A stretch of 63,970 bases of DNA, filler included, from Phoronis australis (lineage: Eukaryota > Animalia > Phoronida): the NCBI GenBank assembly GCA_002633005.1. It is 8 parts of 8 records of this genome, joined end to end, with 100 filler letters (N's around TTAATTAATTAA, not from the genome) between each part and the next. Parts side by side here need not be neighbours in the genome. Positions count along the whole stretch, not along the records: positions 21,922 to 42,816 come from NMRA01000897.1; 7 more parts are not named here. One strand, 5' to 3'. A program made the position numbers and the translations under genes. The notes under the pieces were generated by a model. The model made no database searches. It had not been told where the DNA came from and saw only the letters and a program-made list of their open reading frames with translations. This document shows, piece by piece, positions 23,995-35,776 of this stretch. Position 1 is the first letter of the stretch. Every line of letters starts with the position of its first letter.

Positions 23995-24675
23995 TATAAT
24001 CCAAGAAAAAAGGCAAAAATAAAGAAAAATACGATGAATGTGTCAACCAGCAAACCACGGACTCGAAATCACGATCTTGCTAGTAGAGCGCGCGTGCTTA
24101 ACCACTGCACCACCACGATTTAACTTTTAATTTGAAACTAAGAGACCTACTTATTTATGGTCCACAGCGTTTGCGCGCGAAAACTCCTTCTTTTTGTAAT
24201 GCTTATTACATGTTTTTTGTGCAATCAGTTCGTAACATATTTGTTGTATTTAAAATAGTCTTCAATTGCCCAAAAGGCCAAAAGATCAAATCCATTTTTT
24301 GTGTTGGCAATATAATGAAGCGATTGCTTTGGAAATCGTCTTTTAAGTTAAGGTTTGACAAAGAGAGATTTATGAGTTTCTGAGTGATTCACTGAAGCTT
24401 CGATTAAAATTGACATCTTACCAGCAGCTTCTGTTTTTCACCATCACTCAAATTCCAGTTTCTTTAAAAAATGAAGTAATTTTCTTCATTGCACGGTGGA
24501 GCAGACGACGGAAACGGAGTCGTAGTGCCCAGCGCCACAGCCGGTCGCCTGAGATATCACGGGAGAGCCTATACTTAGCCAAAGTTCTGTTACGATTGCG
24601 ACGTGTTCCGAATTTGACACTTGAAATTGGATCTGAGCCAGCCCCAAAAAAACATTAAAACTGCACACATTATAG
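23995..24675 (+). repeat. ~680-bp interspersed repeat containing a tRNA-like segment; inverted copy at ~50670-51355
   Basis: Long collinear reverse-complement matches (actaagagacctactt, atggtccacagcgtttgcgcgcgaaa, tgagtgattcact, ccgaatttgacacttgaaattgga). Confidence 0.8.
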
Positions 24676-25184
24676 AACATGCTCCCGATTACATGTAACA
24701 TGTTGCATGCCCAAATTTATTTCCTTGTCATTTTAGTGTTTATTGTCAGCGGCTAAACCCCTTCCTGGCAACAGTGGAGGTGGAACTCAGTCAGAAGAAT
24801 CCGAAGATGCTGTCTTTAGCCACATCCGTAGCGCTTACCACGATGACGCCCTGTTCGACCAGTCGTATTCTGAGAAATCCGCAGGACACACTCCAGCAAG
24901 TACTGGTCTACGCATAGGCGGATCTACGGGGTCAAGGGGTGCGGAGCCCCCCTTTTCCCTTGATTTTAGTGATACAGAATCTATAATTTTCAAGTTATTG
25001 ACTTGCCCCCCTTTCAAAAACTTCTTGGTTGACCGTCCCCCACCCTTTAAAAAACCTTGATCCGCCCCAGCTACGTTTGATCTTGTGTCATAATAAAACT
25101 GAATATTGAAAATAGTCCATTTTCGCTCCAAAACTGCGTTGCAAATGCTCTCCGCGGCATCATTCAGTTGTACCTATACCATGC

Positions 25185-25448
25185 AAGTCTGACATAATTA
25201 ACAGTTAAACCTGGGTCTGACCCAAGTTAAACATGGTTTAAGATCTTAATACAGGTCTGAAGAATATAGTCCTCGTTGGTGAAATGAAAACTGACTTAGA
25301 CCAGGACTAAACTGGAGTTAAACCAGGTTTTACTAGACCACTGGTTTTAAAGTTAAACCACCTTTGTGAAATTCAGATTATTTTTAAACCTGGTCTAAGT
25401 CCAGTTTAAACCATGTTTAACTTTAAACTACCTTTATGGAATCAGCTG
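25185..25448. mobile_element. MITE-like element rich in ttaaacc/ggtttaa inverted motifs
   Basis: Dense palindromic ttaaaccNgg/ccNggtttaa repeats ending in ctttatggaatcagc. Confidence 0.45.
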
Positions 25449-28308
25449 AAAATGTTTCAAAGCTGAGTACCTTTTTGACTCCTATAACGTGACGTTTTTT
25501 GTACTATAAACAGTTTATTGTCCGTTTTGATTCACATGTCATATGCTGCAATTGTCCCGCATGGTTAGTTAACTAATTCACTTCAGAATACATCCATTCA
25601 TAGCACTGCAAACTGTATTTATTTCTTTATGCCTATGATGAACAAACTTGAACGGAATAAAATATTTTGTCAGTATTGCGCTTGTGTCCCATGATGAACA
25701 TAAACCGTTCATCAGCTTGCTTCAGATCGAGGGAGAGTTGTGATGACGAAACTGGCCGTTGATTACAGCGTAATTGTTCGCATGTTCTTCCGACTTGGAG
25801 TAAATACAGTTTCGACACCTTATTTTTCAATCATAACCTTGTCATATTCATGGAATTCCGGCATCGTTTGTTCGTTATTATTTTAGTACCACGATCGGAG
25901 CTGTACGTGCTGTGAATTTGAATTCTGCGTTTGCGCCTTTTCAGTAGACTTTTTATCTCGTTTTCTCGGACTTTTTGTTTCTCTGAGGCGGACCTTTTGC
26001 CCACTTCGCCAAAAGGGGGTGGTGGCTCATCCCAGGCCTAACTGAATACTTGACTCTTGTATCGGATTCATTCTCCACTAAAGTGTGCAATTAGAAAAAA
26101 ATATGTGAAAAAATAAAGTTGTCAGTATTGCTTAAAAATGCGTTGTTAACCCTTATTACATGGTTAGAAGATGTTATAAGGATCCAAGAAGTACCTACCC
26201 CATAACTAATACACGATGCGTACTCGAAAAAAAGTTTAAATGAACGCGCCACTCACGATTCGCACCCGAAGAACCACCGCCATTTTGAACTTGCCGCGAA
26301 CCCGGAAGTACAATTCATTCAGGAACCCAGGCCGAGAAAACGCCGTCATTGCTTGAGCAGTGCCTGTACTGTTACCAGCAAGCAAACGGGGATAAAATAA
26401 TCGACAGCGGGCCTTAATTTTGATAAAATCAAACTACGGACAATTTTATGGAATTTGCTGAAGAAATGTGGCGAATAAATTTTGACAGAAATTATTTTGC
26501 CAGACTCGGGACCGCAGCCTATCGGACCCGGTGCGGACCGACACCAGACACTGGCGAACGGTAAATGCATGCGGTTGCAAGCTGTTTTGTCGAAGTAAAA
26601 TGGTCAAATCATAAGTGCTGCATATATTCAAGGGTAGTTTCAGACACTTGCATGAAATTACGGGCTGGTTAGTCCTGTGTCACACTGCCGCGGCAGACCT
26701 TAGTTAGCCTCAGTCACCAGCTACCAGTGAAGACTATCGTCAAAATACAGCTTGTTAGTAGGCCCAAGGAGTGTACGAGCATAGGAGAGTTCACTCCGCC
26801 ATTTTACCATTCGCCGCAATGGTCGAAACACTAGCGCTCCAAGCGGTGAATAATCAACACTTAGTTTGGCGCACACCCGAACAATGTAAACGCTCATAAA
26901 TTCATAATTTAATGACATTCAACGTGCAATAAAATTACTGTGTGATTGAAAATGGTTAGAATACATAAACTAACATCCACTTACAATAGAATGAGAAAGA
27001 AAATGTGTATTTTAATCAATATTAAAGTGTATTTGTTTTTATTCTCTTGAAGCTCCCTTCAAAATTCATCATGGTTTTGTTTCATGTTTGAGTTCTTAAC
27101 ACGGCAATTATCGTTCCTTATAACAGTTCATACCTCCATGGACTACATAATTTGAATGATTGCCCCTGGGGGTTCAGAGGGGAATTCCCCCCAGGTGCCA
27201 GCTAAGGGGGTACCAGGCAAAAGCCGGCAGGTGGGCGCCAAAAGGGTCCCCCTCCCAGGGGGGGTTACATGGGAGGAGTGCTAAACAGGTAAAAACCAAT
27301 GGGTATGTATGGCACAAGGATGTTGAGCCCTCCCATCGTCACACATTTTGGTTGCTCCCCTGACCATTGACAAACATGTTGCTCCCAGCTCACTGCTGGT
27401 TTCATCTCCACCCAACAATTTCGCATATGTTCCCTATTCAATGCATGAGGCTACTGGCAATGCATACAATTGTTTTGTGCAGTGGGTGTTACACAAGTGA
27501 GAAGAAGAAAGCAAGGCAATTCATCACTGCCACAAAATCGTAATACAATTTTAGAACATTCCATTATTTCTTAGACATGCCAGTATAGGGCTCAATCCCA
27601 CTCTCCCACTCACCAACAGTAACAAGTCAAAATAGCTCACAACTTACAAAATGAAGTAACATTGAGTATATCATCACTCATATCCAGTCAAAGTTCAAAA
27701 TATCATGACAAAAAAATTAAGAGGTACTAAACAGCAATCAAAATATTCACTACCCACATAACTTCATACAAAATTGAATTAAAAAGACTTGGATGATAAA
27801 ACCAAAATTTTATTTTAAATACCCACTGTTCCTATTCGTAAATATTTCAGGTAAGTTAAAGCCAGACCACAAGATCATATCTGATACCTAGCCATAACTG
27901 GGGCTTAAATTAATCACGATCTCCAAAAACGTACAAAACAGGCAACACATACACCAACCAATACAACAAGAAAATCTGACCAACCTTGTCACTCTCTATA
28001 AATTCACTAGCAAACAACAGCACTTTTCGCCAAAGAAATGCGTTATAAATAAAGCTGAAAACTAATTTACTCACAGAGGTGTTTGTCATCGAGAATGATA
28101 CGGATAGCTTGGGTTTAACAAAATTTCAGGCTACCACAGAGACTCTGAATGGTCCATCAGTTTCGCTTTAGCTCTCTCCAAGTCACAGGCTAACCATTCA
28201 TAAAATGTTTCAATCTGATCAACCTTAGTAAAATACGAAAACCAGATTTTGCGGACTAATTGTCCTTTCTACACGTGATGTTCCAGTACTTGCTTTGTGA
28301 GACGATAA

Positions 28309-29285
28309 TCAGATATGCAAAAAAAGCCTATTCCAGAGCTGTAATATAATTTCCGGAGAACTTTTTGACATCTTCATTTTTGGTGGATTCAGAACATCAA
28401 ATATTGTTCGGGCACTGCAGTCAATACCAGCTTGTTCTTCATTCATGAACATGAACTCCTCGAAGTGATGAGAGCATAACTTGTGGTTCTTGGACAAATA
28501 GGTTGCATCTCTATTCATAAGGTCAGCTCCCAGCGCTTACACATGAACAGAAATCAATGACTGAGAGACTCTGGAACAAACCTCATACTCACTAGGTTCA
28601 CAGAAGACTGGTAGCCTGCACTAAAGTACACGACACTACAGAATTCCTGTCGCACTGTGATTGTGATGGAGACAAAAGCGTTTTGGTGTCAACTGAAAAA
28701 AATCGGACTCAAATGTTGATCCACGGATATTTTAACAGGGCCGCGCCTCCGCATCATTGACACATAAAATAAAGTTTTCAATGACGCACTGCTTAACTTA
28801 ATTGGTCCAACTGGCCCATTAAAATTATGTTCGGATTTTTCACCTTTTCACCGAGACCCACAGATTCGCTAACTTGACTCATGACAGACTTAGTGGCCCT
28901 GTGGCTGTGATTGTGCCATGGCTGTGTCACCAGTCATATTACTCATGGCCATGGGCATGTTTTCCTAAAATTGTCCCTGCGATCGTACAGGTGACATTTT
29001 GATTTGGAATTGATGGACTGCAAGTATCCAAAAAGCTGACGATCACATCGTACGTTCATCATAGTCCTTCCGCCGGCAGCCCGCTTGTACAGTAGGCCTA
29101 GCCTACACTGCAGACAACAGAACAGTGGCAACGGGACTGTGATCGACTTGTCTAACAACCGTGAACAGAACACACAAAATGAAAGCCAATGTATCATTTT
29201 ATTGAATAACGGATAATCCTTACCTTTCTGGATCCTTAGGAAACCAGAAAAATGACACGTCTGGGGTGGAATTTTTGGGAATGTC
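28309..29285 (-). pseudogene. Intron-split THAP domain remnant (THAP12/PRKRIR-like hAT transposase N-terminus)
   Basis: Exon 1 ...KNSTPDVSFFWFPKDPER|gtaagg (donor ~29223). Exon 2 ...NRDATYLSKNHKLCSHHFEEFMFMN...TIFDVLNPP (28518-28375). Confidence 0.65.
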
Positions 29286-30239
29286 TATCTTTTACTATCT
29301 TTAAGTATGACAAGTCCAATACAACATGTTATCAATTTTTATTCATTAACCCAACATAATAAGTAACTTAAAATGCACAATACTTTACAACATTTAGCAT
29401 TACAAACACTATTCAACAGGAACAGTTTCCATGATATGAAAGTGGACATGCATGTAACTATTACCATGGTGACGGAATAGTGTTTCCTTACACCAGAGTT
29501 TGACAAGCATCATTTAAAGAAATATGAAGTTGCAAGGAACAAGAATTAGAGGCTTGAAGGTTCACAGTCCAACATAGCTTATTTCTCAAATTAAGATTAT
29601 TCATATTGTTGACTTGATAACCTGAAATAATTCTAATATATCTTATATTTTTGCACAAAAATACCCGAAAATTGAACAAAGTTTCTTTTTTTGTAGCAAC
29701 GTTTGTCAAAATGTATCAACGTTAAATCTTCACAAATTACAAAGTAGCCGATTGAACATGCCTTTCAGTTCAGCAAAAGTCGCCATGTTGTCGGTGCCGC
29801 CAGAAATGAGACGAAGTCCAACGGGAATTGTGAGCACATTTATCACTTAATGAGTAACAACTGCGAGGCTGAAATTTGGTGAACACTGTTAAATCGTGCA
29901 GAATAGTAAGTAAAGATATGTTTAACTAAATTTCACCGTAATCAATAAATCATCAAACTTCGATGTAAAACCCTCAAAAATGCACCGAGTTCTTATAAAA
30001 ACGTGTTGTTTTATTTCGCTCTTACGGATTTATTGGTATTTGGACACAACGTAGCCTACAAAGTTCCGAGTCGGCAGGCCAATAACATTCGTAGCAGGAA
30101 TTTGGGGTCTGTTCGGAGATAATTTCGAAGTATTTTCCGTGAGATACAAACAGAAAAACCTAGATCTGTGTTGTTTAGACTTGTGATTTTTTGAGTTCTA
30201 AACACACACAAAACGCTTGGCCACAAGGCCAAACACTGC

Positions 30240-33200
30240 AGGTCAACTTGAATCCTCGGCCATGAGTCAAAGACCGTTCACACCCTGTCACTGATCCCTG
30301 GACTGTACCCGGACTATGATGAAAAGCATTATGATCCACAACTGAATGCAGTCAACTCAATAACAAACCTCCCCTCTTCAGGGACCTTGAGTAGAGATAA
30401 TGCAACACACACAAATGCTACGGCGTTGAGTAAGGATTACAAACATAACTTTATCTTCACTCACCTTAATATCAGTTACTTTTCCTCAAAATTTGATGAA
30501 GTTGCAGAATCTCTCATGTCTTATGTAGATTTAAGTTTTTATCTGAAACAAAGCTTGGCGAGTCCTTTGCCTCAGCACAATTTTCTGTCCCTAACTATAT
30601 TACTACATAGAAATGATAGAAGTAGACATGGTGGTGGTATTTTGTCTTATGCCAGAGGTGACTTGGGACATAAGCGAAGGCAAGACCTGGAATGTACCCA
30701 CGGAAATGTGGAATGTCTTGTCCTGGAAGTTGTCATAAAGAGAGATTAGTGGTTCTTCATATGTATGTATAAACCACCGCAAGTGAAAAATGTAGATCTG
30801 TTGACATGTATTGATGCTGTCTTGAGTAGAGTCCAACTAGAGAGTGACACGATCTTTCTCATAGGAGATATGAATGTGAACATGCTTTGTAATAATGCAC
30901 TAAACGATTTCATGGATGTCTATGGTCTAAAAAGTGTTGTCAAGGAGCCTACATGTTTCAAGGGCCCACCCTCTCTACTAGATGTTATCCTAACTAACAA
31001 ACCTAGAAGACTAGTTCGAATCTTGAATTATGATTCGGGTGTAAGTGATTTTCATCATGTTGTTGGTGGTATTGCCAAAGTCCAAATTTCGCAATATCAA
31101 CCCAGAAAATTTTTTGACCGCTCCATGAAATCGTTCTCTATAAATGACTACATTAGGGACCTTGAGGTAGCACCCTTTCATGTAGCCAACATTTTTGATG
31201 ATACTGATGATGCTTTATGGTTTCATAATGAGCTCCTGAGGCAGGTAATTGACTTTCATGCTCCAATGAAGACCAAGGTCTTAAGGAAGCTTCCTGTCCC
31301 TTATATGAATGGCGAACTTAGAAGAGCCATAAACGTCAAGGGAATGCTCAGACGCCGCTACTTTAAATACAGAAATGCTGAAAACTGGGAGAATTACAGA
31401 TGCCAGCGAAATCTAGTCACTAGATTGAAAAGAAAATCCATATGCCAGTATTTCCAAACAAACAGTGACATCAATGACTCATGCAATTCAAAGCTCTTTT
31501 GGAACAGATTTAAGCCTTTTGTTTGTGAAGGAACAGACAGAAATGGGATAACGTTGTATGAAAATGGTCAACTTGTCACGGATGCTGATAAGGTAGCTGA
31601 AATCTTTAATAGTTACTTTTTTTGAATCGGTGGAATCAATCAGTTCCCAGTTTCCAAATGTAAATTCTTACAATGATTATGCTTCTCATCCGAGTGTCAC
31701 CTCGATTCTCTCCAAAAGTGCAGAAGGATCAATTCAACGGGTCCTCAGCTTCTCAATTGTCACTGAAAACGACGTCCTGTGTAAGCTTAAGGGCATTACA
31801 TGCAATAAATCGATGGGTTATGACTCATTACATCCGAGATTCCTTAAGTATGGCGCTCATACAATATGCAAGTCCCTAACACTCATATTCAACAAGTGCA
31901 TAGCCTCCAATGAGTATCCCTCTATGTTGAAAAAAGTCAGGTTAGCCCAGTATTTAAGAAAGGGGACCGAATGGATAAATCCTGTTATAGACCAGTTAGT
32001 ATGCTAACTGCTGTTAACCAAGTTTTTGAACGACGTATTCTAGACCAATTGAACCTACATTTTGATGAAATTTTAAATGAAAATTTATGTGCTTTCCGTA
32101 AAGCTAGGTTTTTCTTGTCAGGATGTCTTGTTACGGCTAACTGAAGATGTAAGGTTAGCTCTGGATAATAATATATTTGCTGGATGCACACTAATTGATC
32201 TGTCTAAAGCTTTTGATTGCCTCCCCCATGAGCTCCTTTTGCCAAACTAAAAGCCTATGGCTGCACATTGAATACCTGTAACCTCATAATGTCCTGTCTC
32301 AGTGATAGAAGGATGAGAGTGAAAATTGGCTCCACTGTCAGTGACTGGTTAAATGTCCCCAAGGGCGTTCCTCAAGGGTCTGTTTTAGGCCCCATGTTAT
32401 TCAACATTTTTATCAATGATATATTTAACGCTATAAGTGGTCACTGTAAGTTATATAATTACGCTAATGACAATACCCTCTTGCAAGCAGGCTCCTCTTA
32501 GCAGTTCGCTTCAGCCTCAAGGTAGCTGGGCAGATGGTATTGGATTGTTTTCCTCTAATGGAATGGCTGTAAACCCTGGTAAATTTAAGTCAATCATCTT
32601 TTCTAGGAATCATGTACATAAGGATAGGTATCTCATGTCTGGTGATACTATGATTGAGTGTGAAGAATCCGTTAAGCTGCTAGGTGTCCAACTTGACAGC
32701 CAGTTAAAATTCCATTAGCACGTTGATGTTACTTGCAAACAAGCTTCTAGACAAATGAATGCCTTGTTCCGTCTTCGTAATGTTTTAGGCATTAACAGTA
32801 AGCTTAAGCTATATTACGCATTTATAAAATACCATTTTAATCACTGGCCCCTCGTTTTGCACCTATGTGGAATACAGAAAAGTAGGAAAATGGAAAAGAT
32901 ACAACACCGTGCTTTAAAATTTGTGTTCAATGACAGCGAGTCAAGCTACTCACAACTCTTAGATAAGGCTAGGAGCTGCTCTCTAACTAGTTGGCGGATG
33001 AAATGTTTATCTATTGAAGTATTCAAAAATGTTCATATTATAATGGACCCTGGCCTTTGTCAGGAAAGCTTGAATTTAGGGAGTCTGTGGATACGGTCCC
33101 AGAGGTGAAAACTGTCTCTATGTGAAACGCTTTAATACGATGACTTACGGATGTAACTCAATCTCCCATAAAGGTACTTTGCTGTGGAACTCATTGCCAT

Positions 33201-33339
33201 CAGTAATGAGACAATATACGTACTGCTTTAAATGAATTTGCCACTCTTGCTCATGATTTTTTCTCTGAGATCGACTCTTGTGAAAACTGATACGGATGTC
33301 TACACGCTCTGTAACATGTATGTGTACTTTTGTATTTAT
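30240..33339 (+). mobile_element. CR1/L2-clade LINE ORF2 (APE endonuclease + RT), decayed
   Basis: APE motifs HLNI, RNDRSRHGGGI, YKPP, IGDMN, PTCFKG..LLDVIL and SDFHH. RT motifs DLSKAFD, GVPQGSVLGPMLFNIFIND, YANDNTL (decayed YADD), LLGVQLDSQLKF and KMEKIQHRALKFV. Multiple stops and frameshifts. Confidence 0.92.
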
Positions 33340-33987
33340 TGTAACAGGAGTGCCCTGGACATGATTATGTAAGTAAGATATATGCGCCCTCTAATGGTCA
33401 AGCTGTGTATTACGTATGGAATTTTCCTATGATTTTTGAGTCCTTTGGATATGGCGAAATAGGGTCAGAACCTAGGAGTTATGGCCTTGCCCTTCGGATC
33501 GTGTCTGATTGGTTGAAATTGTGTACTTAAGCTTTGTCTCTGTCAGACACGAGGAGTCCAGTCGCAGAGTTCAAGAAGCAAACATTTACACCTTCACTCA
33601 CACCAAATTGCAACTGTTTGTGCAACTTTCGGGCTCCTCCCGAACTTGGTTGCCAATAGTTTAGCCCCAGCAATTCTCGGGCTCCTCCCGAGCTTGACTG
33701 CATCTCACCTTTCGGATCTGAATAACCAAATTGCCCCGTTCTTGCACACACAACTATCAATCAGCGACTGGCTTGCCCGTGTATCAGAACTGTATAAATC
33801 ACAACGCTGCGATACTAAATCATGGAACAACTGGATTGCTTGTAAGTGTGAAATATTGTAGTTATATATTCTTACAATAAACCTATGTATTATTCACCAA
33901 CTTTTAGTTTTCAATATCACCCTCAGTCCGCACCGGGCTCGTAAAATCGGGGCGCCTTGGTCGTACTGAGAAACCGCTACCGTTACA
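33340..33987 (+). repeat. Gypsy-C 5' LTR (648 bp)
   Basis: TGTAAC...GTTACA ends. ATTGG (~33508), TATA-like TACTTAAG (~33524), Inr-like CCAGTC (~33558), AATAAA (~33875). Confidence 0.92.
33822..33841 (+). CDS. Predicted first coding exon (MEQLDC-L) of the Gypsy-C accessory gene, inside the LTR
   Basis: aatcATGGAACAACTGGATTGCTT|GTAAGT: good Kozak context and a consensus donor at 33842. Phase 2 matches the acceptor at 39301. Confidence 0.55.
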
Positions 33988-33988
33988 C

Positions 33989-34010
33989 TGGTGCACGTGG
34001 CCCGCGGATA
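33989..34010 (+). promoter_or_regulatory. Primer binding site, degenerate tRNA-His-like
   Basis: TGGTGCACGTGGCCCGCGGAT lies 1 nt after the LTR and resembles TGGTGCCGTGACTCGGAT with indels. Confidence 0.5.
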
Positions 34011-34628
34011 TGTGCGAGTGATGTTGGAAAGCAGTAAACTAAAATTTCTTACCGTCAATGCCTATTAGTGCGTTAATGACATTCTTTTCGTTGCTCATGC
34101 CGTTGACGTCTTGTCACGCTCGCTGGGTGATGTTTGGAATTAATTAACTCACATAGCAAACGTCTGTTGAAGGTTGCGTGTTCAAAGTTCGCAAAACGTA
34201 ATATTTCAAACTCATAGTAGCGACATTGAACACATTTTTGTCAGTACTCCTGAGTTTATTTTCCGTTGAGGTTTCACTAAATACCCTTGTCGATTATCAA
34301 TTCACAACTTGTCGTGTGTTGCTGTTAATTTCCATGGATAACCTTGCTTTCGCGAAACTTGCAATATTCAGGTGGCGATAGCTTGAATGTGGGAAGTAAT
34401 GCCCACTTGTTGCCCAATTAATATTTTCTAGAAGTAGATTCATGTCTGTTGACGCTCTGTTGTTAGGCTACTCCATTCGTCTTCGGTTACTGTTGTCTGG
34501 TGTACTCCACCGTCACGTATTAGCAGGACACGTTTTAGTGGTTTCAATTACTGAGAGTATCATCTACTGACCTCAGGCTCAGTTCTATACGTTACATTTG
34601 CTGATTTCATCCAATTCCATAATCCAAA

Positions 34629-35717
34629 ATGACCCGTTTCTTGTCAAATGTGTCGAATTGGTTTACTCCCTCGTTTATGGCGGCAGAAAATCACGTCGAA
34701 CCGGATCCTCTGCCTGAAATTGTCCCAGTTGGTGATTATAGAGACCGTTCCTCTGAAATGCCATACATGTATGTCAACTGTCCAAGCAACAGCCCGCCTA
34801 GTGTATTATCATTTGGCCATCAGCGACAGGCCACTATAAATCAGACTGACAGGGGAGGATAGGATTCGATGGCCCCCTGTATCAAGCAAAATTCAAAACA
34901 ACAGCAGCAACAACACGCGCTCGCCCCACCGAAACGCAAAGAACGGGTGCCACAACATTTTGACGGAAAGTCATGTGAATGGCCAGACTTTCTGCGCCAA
35001 TTCGAGAAAATTTGTAGGTGGAATGGTTGGGACGAGCAGGAGTCGGCCATGCAGTTAGTCATGTGTCTGCGGGGGCCGGCCTTGCGTGCTGTAGGGGACC
35101 TCGACGATGAAGTGTCTGAGAATTTTGACGATTTGAAAGCGGCGCTTACGCAGCGGTTCTGTCCCGCAGAACGCGTCGCCACGCACAGATGCGAGTTTCG
35201 AGGAAGGACGAGGGGGAAAACGGAAAACATCTCGGACTATGGTTTTAGTCTAAAACGGCTAGCGTCATTGGCATTCCCTGAGGTAGCCAATGACGCCCGT
35301 GAAGTTTTGGTCGTACATGTAGACCAATTCATAGCTGGGCTCAACGACCAGGCGCTGCGGAGACACGTACAATTTCAGAGGCCACTGTCCGTGGACATAG
35401 CGATTTCTCATGCACTCGAGTTCGAGGCATTTGAGGGGACCTGGTGCAGTCGGAAAAACAAAACTTCGGGTGTGGATCCCTGCCCCGACACACGAGTCAT
35501 GACCATACGGGACCGTCCAACCAACAGGCCGGACCATGCTGACATGGCTGAGATAAAGAGGGCATTAGCGGATGTTCAGCGCCAGCTCAGCGACCGAAAG
35601 CCCCGGGAACCAATCCGCTGTTACAACTGTGGGCAGGAGGGACACATCGCCAGAAAATGTCCCCAGGAAAGGAGGGGGAACACTTGTAAATCAGATACTT
35701 ATGAGTCGTCAAACTAG
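34629..35717 (+). pseudogene. Gypsy-C gag (in-frame TAG at 34860-34862; 34869-35717 open)
   Basis: PQHFDGKSCEWPDFLRQFE..NGW, LRGPA, DQFIAGL and CCHC knuckle CYNCGQEGHIARKC. Ends TCAAACTAG, a typical -1 frameshift site into pol. Confidence 0.9.
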
Positions 35718-35776
35718 GACCGGTCGGGTCCGCGGCCAAGGCCTCGACCGGGTTTGCAGAATGTTCGTTTGTTTTT

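Noticed and set aside
30239-30262. 2A-like (DxExNPGP) motif at the LINE ORF2 start
   Set aside because: Reads QVNLNPRP; too degenerate to call, though the position is suggestive.
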